Assembly: GCA_026770705.1 (NCBI GenBank)
Contig: JANJGN010000021.1
Location: 90,272,001-90,336,000 of the forward strand
From: Isurus oxyrinchus
Taxonomy: Eukaryota
Length of the DNA stretch: 64,000 nt
Direction: 5' to 3'
Below the pieces are notes generated by a model. The model did not search any database and was not told the origin of the DNA. It saw only the letters and a list, made by a program, of their open reading frames with translations. The translations under genes were made by a program, and so were the position numbers. This document shows positions 52,330-64,000 of the stretch, one piece after another. Position 1 is the stretch's first letter, and each line of letters opens with the position of its first letter.

Positions 52330-53198
52330 GTATTCCTCAAATTCTGTTTTTTTTTGTATAGCTCTTTCTTTTGTTTTCTTTTAAACCAAATTTTTCCTCT
52401 CTGTCTCCCAATGCATAGTACTTAGAGTAAGATGGCATATCAATGAGATGGTGTTAAAAATGTTATTGAGAAATAATAATAACACCCATAGAAACTTTTC
52501 ATTCATTCATCGTTTGGAGCGTCAACAACAAGGAGGGCATTTGTTTCCCATGCCTAATTCCACTTAAGTCGCTTTCTTGAACCACTGTTATTCATGTGTA
52601 GTAAATGCCTGCTCACCACTGACAGTAGGTGCACCAAAGAATTTTTTTAAGCCAGAGACAGTGGGAGAACGACGAAATGTCTTTAATTTAGAATTTCACT
52701 TATGTGGCGTACTTAATGCGGTAAACCTTCCCACGTTCAGTTTGAAGATGAGGAAGGTAATGTTAGGCACTGAGCCATTGTATGATATATTATGGTAAAC
52801 GGCAGAAAACTTCGTCAGAGTGTTTATATTTTACGGTTAATTTAAGAGTGTGTCCATTGTTCCACAATTATATCTAATTAGATTTTTTGTAAGAAACAGA
52901 TACTTCCGCTAGAGATTCAGCTGCAAGTGACTGCCGAGCCTCTACTAAAGTGTATGATTAAAATCAATTGACGAAATAGTGTGTTTCCTGGTCTTCAAAG
53001 CATCGATTCCAAGTCTCCAACGGCTGTTTCAGTGTCGCAGGAATTCACAGAGGAGTCGAGGCAGTGTATATGTTCCCATCGCAAATTTGAATTTCAAACA
53101 CATTATGGCACAGGTGCGCGCGTCGGGTAATTCTCTGCTTGTAAACGTACAAAATGATCAACAACTGAAAGATCAAAGTTGAACATGCTCTCTTACAG

Positions 53199-53225
53199 AA
53201 ATGAATCTGCATATGAAAGATATGG
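53199..53225 (+). CDS. Unit 3 exon B, 27 nt, (E)MNLHMKDM
   Basis: ctctcttacAG|...ATGG|GTaaga. Confidence 0.68.
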
Positions 53226-54625
53226 GTAAGACATTCTTCATTGCATTAAGTTCATGCATTTGGTTTTTCTTTGTCCCAAAATTCAATATCCACACTAACA
53301 ATATAACTCGCCACAAGATCAATTAATGGTCTTTAGGAATGGGAAACTATCGATGCAGTCATAATACTTAACATGGCAGAAAGATGCCTAGTATTATTTT
53401 TCACTCAGGTACCATTTCAGTGTTGACGTTGATAAAGTACATAGCAAAGTAACCTTAATGGAGGAAGCTGCATTTATCACGTTGAAGTTTGGACGTATGA
53501 GCAGGTGACGTAATTTCTGGTGAGCCTTCGCGTCAACCTGTCCATTCTTTCTGTTGCTATTTCATTAGTTGCATTGCTTGTTTCACGTTCCTGTCCTAAC
53601 ATAAAACCCCACCCCCACCACAACCACCTCGCTCGCCTCCACATACACATTCATGCACACATGCACATGTACCTTCCCATTTGTGCCAATCTTCCTACAG
53701 CCTTCTTTGATTCAAAAACGGCAAAAACAGCATAAAATGGCGAAATATAATCGCCAAACCATTCCTTACACGAGCATTGTTTCGCCGTTTGTCTTCAAAA
53801 CATGAACGCAATTGTGAAACATAGCAATCAGGAATACTGTTAAAGAAGTCTGTACCATCCTTGTATTCAAGTGCCAGGCATTTAATATTAGCCGACAGAT
53901 ACCTACATTGCAGACCTTTGCTCCATCCCTTCGTCAATTCGATGAAAATATTAATAGCACTATCTGCAGCAAATTGATTTAAAAAAATCTGTAACGCAAG
54001 CAAACACATCCAAAAACGCGAATTTTTTGTGAAGATTTGCTTTGCTTTACATATGCTAAAGTGGCGCTTCATATGAACTGTAATATGTTACGCTGTTGCT
54101 GATGAGAGCCGTTAACCTGCCCGTCCCTACTGCTGTGAATCGGCATCATGAATTTCTGAATCCATCTCGGTTTCCAGGCATAGCCTTCAGCAGTTAGGAA
54201 GCTTTTGTAAAAAAATCATTCCTTTCCATCTCAGTTTGTTTGGAAGAATCCAAACATGCACTTTAATGACAGGTATATGCTTTTAAATGAATCAATAGTC
54301 TTTGAATATATTCGAATCACTTTGTTTGACCTACCTTAATTCCCATATTTGATCAGTGTTTTTACTTTTTCACATATCAATCATGTTAAATATGTTACTA
54401 ACATTTTACGGCCGCACCTTGATCTATACATCATTGTTTTTTTTTCTGAATGTTCACAACTGCCTGGTTCATAAGTAACTGCCAGTTAAATACAAAGCAA
54501 TTCGTATTCATGTCCAAAAGCAAATATATAATAAAAGCTGCAATGAGACATTTCAAAACATATCTAACATAGAAACATCGGATTAAAATTCAGCCTTCGT
54601 TCAAAAAAAAACCCTACATTTTCAG

Positions 54626-54661
54626 AAATAGAAACACTGAAGAAACGCCTAGACGAAAAGG
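54626..54661 (+). CDS. Unit 3 exon D, 36 nt, (E)IETLKKRLDEK
   Basis: ccctacattttcAG|...AAGG|GTtagc. Confidence 0.72.
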
Positions 54662-55692
54662 GTTAGCAAAATATTAAATTATTTCTTGTTATATTATTCA
54701 TATGCAGTAAATTTGTTGTTCGCACAACTCAATTTCATGGTTTCCTGAGCCGGTGATCGTGGGGGATAGGTGGCAGCTCTACAGTAGGGAGGCGAGGTGC
54801 CCTAATTGTCACATTTGTCAGGCCTGGTGCAGCGCGGTGGGGAGGAGATGGAGCTTGACACCCCGCCCCAATCAACCCTTGCTTCCTGCTTGTGCTTCCT
54901 CCCCAGCACTCACCGTAAAGACTCCGAACACACTTTCCCCTCAATCCTCTGGTCTCACCTCCACTCCCCTTTGTGAGACTATGAACAATTGCCTGCTGTT
55001 AAACTCCCGGCTGTGAACTTGTTTGGCCCGCACATCCAAGACGCGAGAATTCCATCCCTTTATCCCCCACACCGCATGCCACCCAAGCCCTCCGAGTGCT
55101 GGACGTTAGTTCCTCTCCTGGCAATTAACTTTCTTTGGACCGTTAAATGGCTGTCGAGCGCCCAACTATGGATGCTTTGCGTTCCTCACTGAAACTGCTG
55201 TGAGGCTTCTGCGGCCAAAGTTTTGCTGGCCATTTAATTGTCAGATAGCCATCGAGGGGGGGCCTGCACAGCAGAATAGGGAGGAATGTCCAGCTCAAGT
55301 CAATTAACTGTCCACCCGCCTTTAAATGGTTGCATAGAAATTGCAAATGAATATGCTGTGTGAACTCACGCCATACATTTTCGCGGAGGAATTGTTTGTG
55401 GTAATCCACTACAAATGTAAGATTTTCGTCTTGTTTTTTAAGTCACCTCCTTGATGCTCACTCACATTCCTCTTTTTTGTATATTTGAACAAATTGAACT
55501 ATTCTCTATTCTTGTGAAACTCCTCAAACAAGCACTTCTTGTTCTGTTGCATCACATGTTGAATTGTTGTTCATTTTCCAGAAAATTATTTGCTGTAAAC
55601 TTTCTCTTTCTGAATAGTGCTCTCTCCATGATGATACTTTGAATCCCGCTGTCCCTCATAGGCTCTTTCTTCGACTTTTCTATTTGGTGTAG

Positions 55693-55728
55693 AAATAGAA
55701 ATGCTGAGGAAGCGTGTAAAAGACACAG
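55693..55728 (+). CDS. Unit 3 exon E, 36 nt, (E)IEMLRKRVKDT
   Basis: ttctatttggtgtAG|...ACAG|GTaagg. Confidence 0.75.
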
Positions 55729-58700
55729 GTAAGGCACTTAACACTTTCAGCATAGAAACATGACATTTATATATTTGTTCTTCATTAGTATAATGTTCCG
55801 TGAGTTCCAATCAACATAATAAGTGTTACAAAGAGCCATTTAAAATATTTTCCTAACAGATTTATCAGCCTTAAGGATATGTTCATGTCACCAATCCCCA
55901 CTCTCTGCGAAAAATGAGAGTGCTGAGAACGTCCAAAAAATGTAGGTGACATATAAAAGAACTATTTTCGACACAACAGACCATCAGGCCCATCGAGTCC
56001 AGGCCAGTTATCTCTGGAGCAATTCAGTCATTCAATCTTTTCTACTCACCTGCTTCATCATCGCCCTGCAGGTTTATTTCCCTCAGGTGCCCCTCCATAG
56101 TTTTTTCTTGTTTTTCAAACCATTGACTGTTTCCACTTCGCCACCCTGCTTAGCAGTGAATTCCAGGCAATAAGCACTCGTATGCAAAATATAAAAGCAA
56201 ACGTTCCTCACAAAATTTGGAAGCATTGTGATCGTATAAATGCTTGGAAGAATTTTGTACAGTGAGGGGGATGGGTTAGAACTTCAAAATGACATTGGCA
56301 AGTCGATGACATGAGCGGTAGATTGGTGGAAGACGGACGTCAATGCAGGAAACTTTAAAGTTATTAATTTTGTTAGGAGAAATATAAAATACAACACGAA
56401 ATGAATTGCTCAACTCTAGAGGGGGCACAGGAGCAGTGGGTTCTGTGTGTATATGTATATACGTTATTAAAGTAGGCAGGAGAGGTCGGGAATGTTATCA
56501 GTAAAGCATAAAGTATCGTGGGCTTTATTACTAGGGTCATAGAGTACAAAAGCAAGAGTTTAAAGTTGTATTTACATGAGCCACTATTTCGACCCCAGCT
56601 ACAGCGCTACGCAGAGCTATTGGCGCTATACTTTCGGGAGGATGTGAATGCATTGGATGGGGTGCAGGATAAACAATTATGAATATCGTCCCAGGGATTA
56701 GGAACTTAAGTTATGAAGATAGACTGGCGACGTTAAGACTAGTCTCCTTAGAGAAACCAAGTCTGAGAGGAGATTTGATGCATATATTCACATTTATGAG
56801 GGGCCTGAAAAGAGCAATTAGACTGAGGTATTCTCACTCATGAAAGGATGGACAACTCGAGGGCATTGATTTAAGAGTATAAAAAATTTTATCTTCATTC
56901 TCACCTGCCACTTGCCTGCTCGTTTTGTTTTTGTATCGATGTTTCAGGCGATTCGTATCAACATTACTGTTTGCCACATCTTCAAGTTTCGTATCATGGG
57001 CAAATGTAGAAATTGCACATTGAATTCCAAGGCCCAAGACGTTTATATATAGTAACTATAAGCATAAATAAATAAGTAAACGAAAATAAAGCAAGCAAAC
57101 GAAAGAATGAATGAACGAATAAATCAAAATGAAAGAAAATCATCATTAAATACTAAATATCAAAAATAAATTAACAATTTAATAATTAAATAACATTCAG
57201 CATGCCTCGCTGGTTATCATGTAAATCATATTGATTTAATCCATATTAATAGCCTCCAGTGCAGTCCATTCAGCAAATTTTCCTGTTAGTTCAACAAAAT
57301 GGAATTAACTGCTTCCAAAAGTGAAACATAGTATACCTTTTACTATTCTTTACTGGATATGCTTAAATAACTTGCATGTATCCAAGAACCTATTGATGTT
57401 TCACTGATTATTGCTAATAAACCCTTACGCAACAGGGAAGTTAAACTAACTAGTCTTACTTCCTTTCGAAAAAAAGGGGGAACACATTTGCCACTGTTGT
57501 ATTCAGATGAACCTTCTCCTTATCCAGGGAAGGTTACAGAAACTATGGCAAGCCCTTCTGCCATCTCCATCCACTGTCACATCACACCCTGGCATACAAG
57601 ACATCCAGATGAGGTGACGTATCTGGCTTAAGTATGGCAGCCTTTTCCACTACCTCCTCCCTGCATTTTCACTGTATTCATTGCTTCCACTGTTTCGGTT
57701 TCTATAGGAATCTTTTAGGATAGCTTCGTGTTTATTAGTAAACACCAATAAAAGTTATCTATGAAGAACGTCATTCTATTCTATATACCGGACATTACCT
57801 GCTTTGCAGATAAAAGGGGCAACTCCGCCCTGTACTTTTGGCTGATTATTTACCTGTGATCACATATAGGTTGAACGCAATTCCATTCTTTGGTTCTGTC
57901 CTAGTTGCTCATAAGCATTACGATAAAATAAAAGATCACACACCAAAATCAAAATGGATGCTTGCACAGGCAGAGAGATTCCAAGTAATACTAAAAATAA
58001 AAAAGAGCAATTAAAAATAATAATAATAGGAATAATATACATAATAATAGGAATACTTTCGCCACCTGATGGCCGTTTGCCTATTTGCTTATTGCACAAA
58101 GGAAAAGGTCAGAATATTTACATGGTTTTAGAGAAGGAGCGAGTACATAAAGAAGCCAGCAAAATAAGTAACTGGGAGAAAGATCTGTCTGTAATTGGCG
58201 AGTGATCAACAAGCTGATTTTTCTCGTCTAAGAAAAGTAATACAGTTTGGGAGGACGGAGGTCAGTAAATGAGAATAGAGGAGTTTTGACATCTCGGGTA
58301 AGGGATCTGAAGAGCGACATACTCCAACAATCACAGAAGCAGTGTTTCAAGGCACAGCTTCTTGGAAGCCGCCCCTTCATTTCATTGTTGAACTTTTTCA
58401 AACCGTGTGAAACATGTGCAATCACATTCATTTCCAAACCGGCAGCACTGATGAAAGGGGTGATCTTACAATTTGGAAATTGTGCATCTTTGCCTCAGTG
58501 GAATTTATCAGTCGACATTTACTCACCAACAAACTTGACATCGATGTCCATGGCAGAATTTTATCTTCCATGATCGGGAGCATATTATACAGTGTGAAGG
58601 CTTCGGACATGGTTAACAGCATTATCACCCTCATTTTCCATACAGAAAAACAACAGGAGGGCGGGTCAAAAAGTCGAGAACAATGTCGCGTAATCTAATT

Positions 58701-61700
58701 ATTGATTTAAAAGTCAATACGACTAATAAAGTACCAATTCACTGCAATAATACTCTCAAAGGGCAATAATACCAATCCAATCTATGCCAGATTAAGAATC
58801 GTTCTTTTTAAAGGCAAGCTTGCTTGGTAGGGCTAGAAAACTGTAGCTGAGAGCGGAGTCTCAGTTTTACAGTTAAAAGTCTATTGACATCCAGGGCGGC
58901 TCTTTTGAGTTGACAGGGGAGCCATTTGGCTATTCCCCATGAGGAGAGCGCACCTTTACTTAAGAGGGGTCTTTTGTTGGAATATTGCCCGGACCATTAG
59001 GCAGGGCTGACGGGTGAAAAAGTGTCATAGGCAGATGGGTATTTTTGTATCATTTGGAGGCACTACCTCCAATGAGGAGTCAAGATAGACTAGAAAGAGG
59101 ACGAGGAGAAGAGGGGAAAACAGGGAGGCTCAGTTTGCTGTGGTTCCTCAGGATGTGGGCGGATCATTTCCTAGGGGGTCAGGATGAACGCAGAAACCCT
59201 TAGCGGTGGTGCAGACGAACCTATGCCACCCAAAGAACATAGAGGCACAGATCTAGCTACTTGCAACGGACTGCATGGTGCCTTTGAACCATTTGTCACA
59301 TTTGGACCAAATTCTCCTCACCACATCAACATTGGCGGGTACCTGCTCCCTCTTCGCATGAGACTGCTGTGTTTCCTCTTTCTCTTTCTGTTCCTCTTTC
59401 TCGCAGTGCTCTGCACGAACAACAGGTAATGCGTATCATATGCTGCATCAACAGAGCTCCAAGGGGGACCTCACTGCATCTGGAGGTAGACTCAGTTGTT
59501 CTTGAAAGCTTCACCCTTTGCTCCGATGATGCAGATATACATGCTTGTCAATAGTAAGATGTAAACAGTTCCTCTGTACCAAAAGGTAGGAGACTTGCAG
59601 AAATTTAAATTCTTCCATCTTTGAAGTTTGAAACTGTTGTTAGAGATTGTTGAAGTCAGGTATTTGTTGACCATCTCAGACACGAGCCGAATGGCTTCGT
59701 TCTCTGGTGTAAGCATCTATGATTTTATTCGCTAAAATATAAGATAAAATCAGAAAATGCTCGAAAATACTTAACAGGACTGGTAGCGTCTGTGGAGAGA
59801 AAAAACAGAGTTAACGTTTTGAGTCCGCATGACTTCTTCATAGCTGAAGGCAGGTAGAAATGTAACGTGTTTTATACTGTGGAAGAGACGGGATGGACTA
59901 GGTAGATCAAAATAAAAGGCCAAAGATAGGTGGGAGCTGAAAAAGATTTGACAAAGACACAAGGTAAATTGAAGGTAATCAAATAACCTTGGTGACTAAA
60001 GCATGTACGAAAATTTGCATAAAGATCAGGTAGTAGAAGCTTTTAATAGCAAAAGAAGGGTTAGTGTTCCCTGAAATTAAAACATAAGAACAAATTACAG
60101 GCTAGCCTTGTGGGTTGCGTGTTGGGAAAAATAAACACTTACAGGTAAACAATTAAATTGCCTTACATGAGTGGACTGGAAGATTTGCAAACCTTTGCTA
60201 AGTTAGTAGATGTGTTCGTTTTATCATCTGGTGGGTCACTTGACTCAGCCAAAAACAATTGGGACCGATTTTCTGTTTGTTCTGATAGATCTAATACCTA
60301 TTCCCTGTCCTTTAAACTGATGTTATCCTCGCCATCCTCTCTGACGCAAATAAAAAGACACTCTGCGAATCTCATTATGCTACACACATCCTCACCATGA
60401 TGCAAATATGCCCTTTGCCAGCCCCAGCATAACGCTTCCTTTCATTTCACTGTAAATAAGGACATCAGGTCATGGTGAAATGGAACAGGAATAGTCTATA
60501 TGCCCGCCGAAATTCGGCCGCCATTCAATAACACGAGGTTGATCCTTCAACTCAGACGCACATCTTGCCCACTGCTCATATCCTTTAATTCCCTGAGAGA
60601 CAAAAGACCTGCCCACCTCAAACTTAATTTATTCAATGTTAAAGTATCCTCAACTTCTTGTGGTAGAAAATTCAATTTAAAAAATCTTCTTTTTGAGGGA
60701 AGACAATTCATCTCATCTCAGTCCGAAACTACACTATCCTTATACTGGGAATGTGCCCGAGTTGTCTGGCTTCTCTCACCAAGGTTAGGAACGTTCATAG
60801 CGATGAAGTTTTGCACCAAGCACAAACCCAACGTACCCCAGCCAACTTTCTTGAATTCAGTGGGCACGTCAACTAATACGGGTGCCCAGCCCTCAGGGCC
60901 AGTAACATCGTGCAGGGGCACAGGGCAAGTACCAAACAAGCTATCTGGTTCTTGTCTGCCTTTTCCCTGGGACGGTGAAGTCGTTGGTTGGCTGTTTTTG
61001 ATTGATCATCCCCAGCTGCACTTACGATTGCAGCTGTGTGAAGCCAGAGCATTATGCAGATTAACAATTCTAAGGGCGTAAGGGCTGGCCGACCCTCACC
61101 TGCCCACCATATCGTGGGGGACAGATCAGGGTGAGAGGAAAGTCAGCAGGCTAGTAATCCGTCTTATTTTTCTTGACCAAACCCTTGCATCGTTGTCATC
61201 AAATGTGGGGAGGCGACAGCTGTTCTTTCCAAGCCCCCAATCCCAAACCTTTATTATAGACAGCTGGAAGTGCTTTGTGACATGGAGGAATGTTATGCTG
61301 CCGCCATGTCATTGGATCTGCAGCAGTAATACAGCACTTTAGGACCTGCGCAAAATATTTTTTTGTCCTTGCTCTTTTGTTACACCTAAGAATAAGGTCG
61401 GCAGAAAATTGACTTCCATCTTTAATTACTTAATTGATTCATGGCAACTATTAACCGTCTTTTTGCTTAGTCATACCACTAGAAATATAACAGAAATTCT
61501 ATCCAATTGCATTGGTAATATTTAAATTTGTAATTCTTGGCAATAGTAATATTTTTTGAAAACATGTCATTGCGACCCTGTAACACTCATTAATCCTCTC
61601 ATATAACGCCTTGTTCATATTTACTGATGGCATCCTAAAACACCCAGACACTAAAATAATCATAGCAAACAAATTTATGTAGAAAATTCGCAGATCATTT

Positions 61701-61791
61701 CCAACGCTAGTTAGAGGTCATGTTGTGCTATGAAGATATCTTAAATTCACACTACGAAAGGTATTCTCGGATCTCGCTTGACCTCTTCTAG

Positions 61792-61827
61792 AAATGTTAA
61801 TGACGTTAGATATAAAACAAAAACTCG
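61792..61827 (+). CDS. Unit 4 exon A, 36 nt, (E)MLMTLDIKQKL
   Basis: gacctcttctAG|...CTCG|GTattc. Confidence 0.5.
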
Positions 61828-62687
61828 GTATTCCTCAAAATCTGTTTTTTTTTTGTACAGCTCTTTCTTTTGATTTCTTTTAACCCAAATTTTTCCTCTC
61901 TGTCTCCCAATGCGTAGTATTTAGAGTAACCTGGCATATCAGTGAGACAGTGTTAAAAATGTTGAGAAATAATAATAACACCCATAGTAACTTATCATCC
62001 ATTCATCGTTTGGAGCGTCAACAACAAGGAGGGCATTTGTTTCCCATGCCTAATTCCACTGAAGTCGCCTTCTTGAACCGTTGCCAACCATGTGTAATAC
62101 ATGCCTGCTCACCACTTCCAGTAGGTGCACCAAAGGATATTTAAGCCAGAGACAGTGGAAGAACGACGAGATATCTTTAATTTAGAATTTTATTTATGTA
62201 GCATACTTAATGTGGTAAACCTCCCCAAGTTCAGTTTGAAGATGAGGAAAGCAAAGTTAGGCACTCAGCCACTTAATGATACATTATGGTAAATGGCAGA
62301 AAAATTCGTCAGAGTGCTTATATTTTAAGGTTACTTTAAGAGTGCGTTATTTGTTCTGCAATTATATCTAATTAGGTTTTGTGTAGGAAAAAGGTACTCC
62401 CGATAGAGATTCAGCTGCAAATGACTGCCCAGCCTCTTCCAACACATATGATTAAAATCAATGGACAAAATAGTGTAAATTTCCTGCTCTTCAAAGCCAA
62501 ATTCTCCAACTGTAGTTTCAGTGTCGCAGGAATTCACAGAGGGGTCCAGCAGCCTACATCTTCCCATCGGAAATTTGAATTTCAAACACATTATGGCACA
62601 GCTGCGCGCACGGGGTAATGCTCTGCTTGTCAACATGAAAAAGCGAACAACAAATGAAAGTTCAAAGTTGAACATGTTCTCTTACAG

Positions 62688-62714
62688 AAATGGACCTGCA
62701 TATGAAAGATACGG
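62688..62714 (+). CDS. Unit 4 exon B, 27 nt, (E)MDLHMKDT
   Basis: ttctcttacAG|...ACGG|GTaaga. Confidence 0.68.
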
Positions 62715-64000
62715 GTAAGACATTTTCTATTGGGTTAAGTTCATGCATGTTGTTTTTTTTTGGCCCAAAATTCAATGTCCACACTAACTATAAAGCTCAC
62801 TACAAAAGCAATTAATGGTTTTTAGGAATGGGAAACTATCGATGCAGTCATAATAATTAACTTAACTTGCTGAAAAATGCCTAGCATTGTTTTTCACTCA
62901 GGTACCATTTCAGTGTTGACGTTGATAAAGTACCTAGCAAAGTAACCTTAATGGAGAAAACTGCATTTAGCACGTTGAAGGTTAGACGTATGAGCAGCTG
63001 ATATAATTGCTCATTTCACGTTCCTGTCCTAACATAAAACCCCACGCCCTCCACAACCACCCCCCTCGCCTCCACATACACATTCGTGCACACACGCACA
63101 TGTACCTTCCCATTTGTGCCAATCTTCATACAGCCTTCTTTGATTCAAAAATGGCAAAACCAGCACAAAATGGCGAAAGATAATCGCCAAAATGTTACTC
63201 ACGCCACCATTATTTTGCCGTTTGTCTTCAAAAGATGAACACAATCGTGAGACATAGCAATCGGAAATATTGTTAAAGAAGTCTGTACCATTCTTGGATT
63301 CAAGTTCCAGGAATCTAATATTAGCCGAGAGATACATACATTGCAGACCTTTGATCCATTCCTTCACCAATTTAATGATCACATTAATAGCACTGTCTGC
63401 AGCAAATTGATAAAAATATCTGTAATGCAAGAAAGCGCATACAAAAACGTGAATTTTTGTGAAGATTTGCTTTGCTTTACTTATGCTAAAGTAGCGCTTC
63501 ATATGAATTGGAATATGTTATGCTGTTGCTGATGAGAGCCGTTAACGTGCCCGTCCCTACTGCTGTGAATCGGCATCATGAATTTCTGAATCCATCTCGG
63601 TTTCCCGGCATAGGCTTCAGCAGAAAGGACGCTTTTGTAAAAAAATTATTACTTTCGATCTCAGTTTGTTTGGAAGAATCCAAACATTCCCTTAATTGAC
63701 AGGTAGGCTGCTTTTAAATGCATTAATATTCTTTGAATATATTTCAATCAGTTTGTTTGACCTACCTTAATTCCCATATTTGATCAGTGTTTTAACTTTT
63801 TCACATATCATTCATGTTAACTATCATACTAACATTTTACGGTGGCGCCTTGATCTATATGTCATTGTTTTTTTTTCTGAATGTTCACAACTGCCTGGTT
63901 CATAAGTAACTGCCAGTTAAATACAAAGCAACTCGTATTCATGTCCAAAAGTAAATATATAAAAAACGCTCCAATAAGACATTTCAAAACATATCTAAAC

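Larger units (their letters stand above)
50754..60264 (+). repeat. Tandem unit 3 (about 9.5 kb)
   Basis: Colinear with 41416-50753; the same junction recurs at about 60264. Confidence 0.88.
60265..64000 (+). repeat. Tandem unit 4 (partial, runs off the window)
   Basis: Colinear with 50754-54570. Confidence 0.88.

Noticed and set aside
60500-61081. Longest ORF in the track (193 aa) as a gene
   Set aside because: Paralogous regions in units 1-3 are broken by stops and frameshifts, no domain is recognisable, and the sequence looks like a decayed GC-rich interspersed repeat.
26082-64000. Array as an endogenous virus or large transposon concatemer
   Set aside because: No polymerase, helicase, capsid, integrase or transposase motifs were seen; contents are old LINE/Penelope debris plus microexons.

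Overview
AT-rich vertebrate DNA with no long intact ORF. The repeat content (CR1-type LINEs, Penelope-like elements with inverted termini, a tRNA-derived SINE) suggests a cartilaginous fish; that is an inference. The supplied ORF track is mostly noise or retroelement debris. Two things stand out when the sequence is read directly. (1) A long plus-strand series of tiny AG...GT-bounded exons (9-38 nt, most 27 or 36 nt and phase 1-1). Spliced, they give a charged, coiled-coil-like peptide, e.g. ...EDELKRRDVELIKHLQNDEEKMRKLKE... and EIETLKKRLDEKEIEMLRKRVKDT. (2) From about 26.1 kb to the window end, a diverged tandem array of four units (about 14.3, 10.3 and 9.5 kb, plus a partial fourth). Each unit carries the same microexon cassette, with synonymous-biased changes in the best-conserved exons and unit-specific splice-site loss. 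No start exon, Ig, transmembrane or B30.2 exon was recognised, so the gene is unidentified. Also present: Penelope-like elements with hammerhead-ribozyme-like motifs, and a perfect local inverted/templated duplication at 17.3-17.9 kb.
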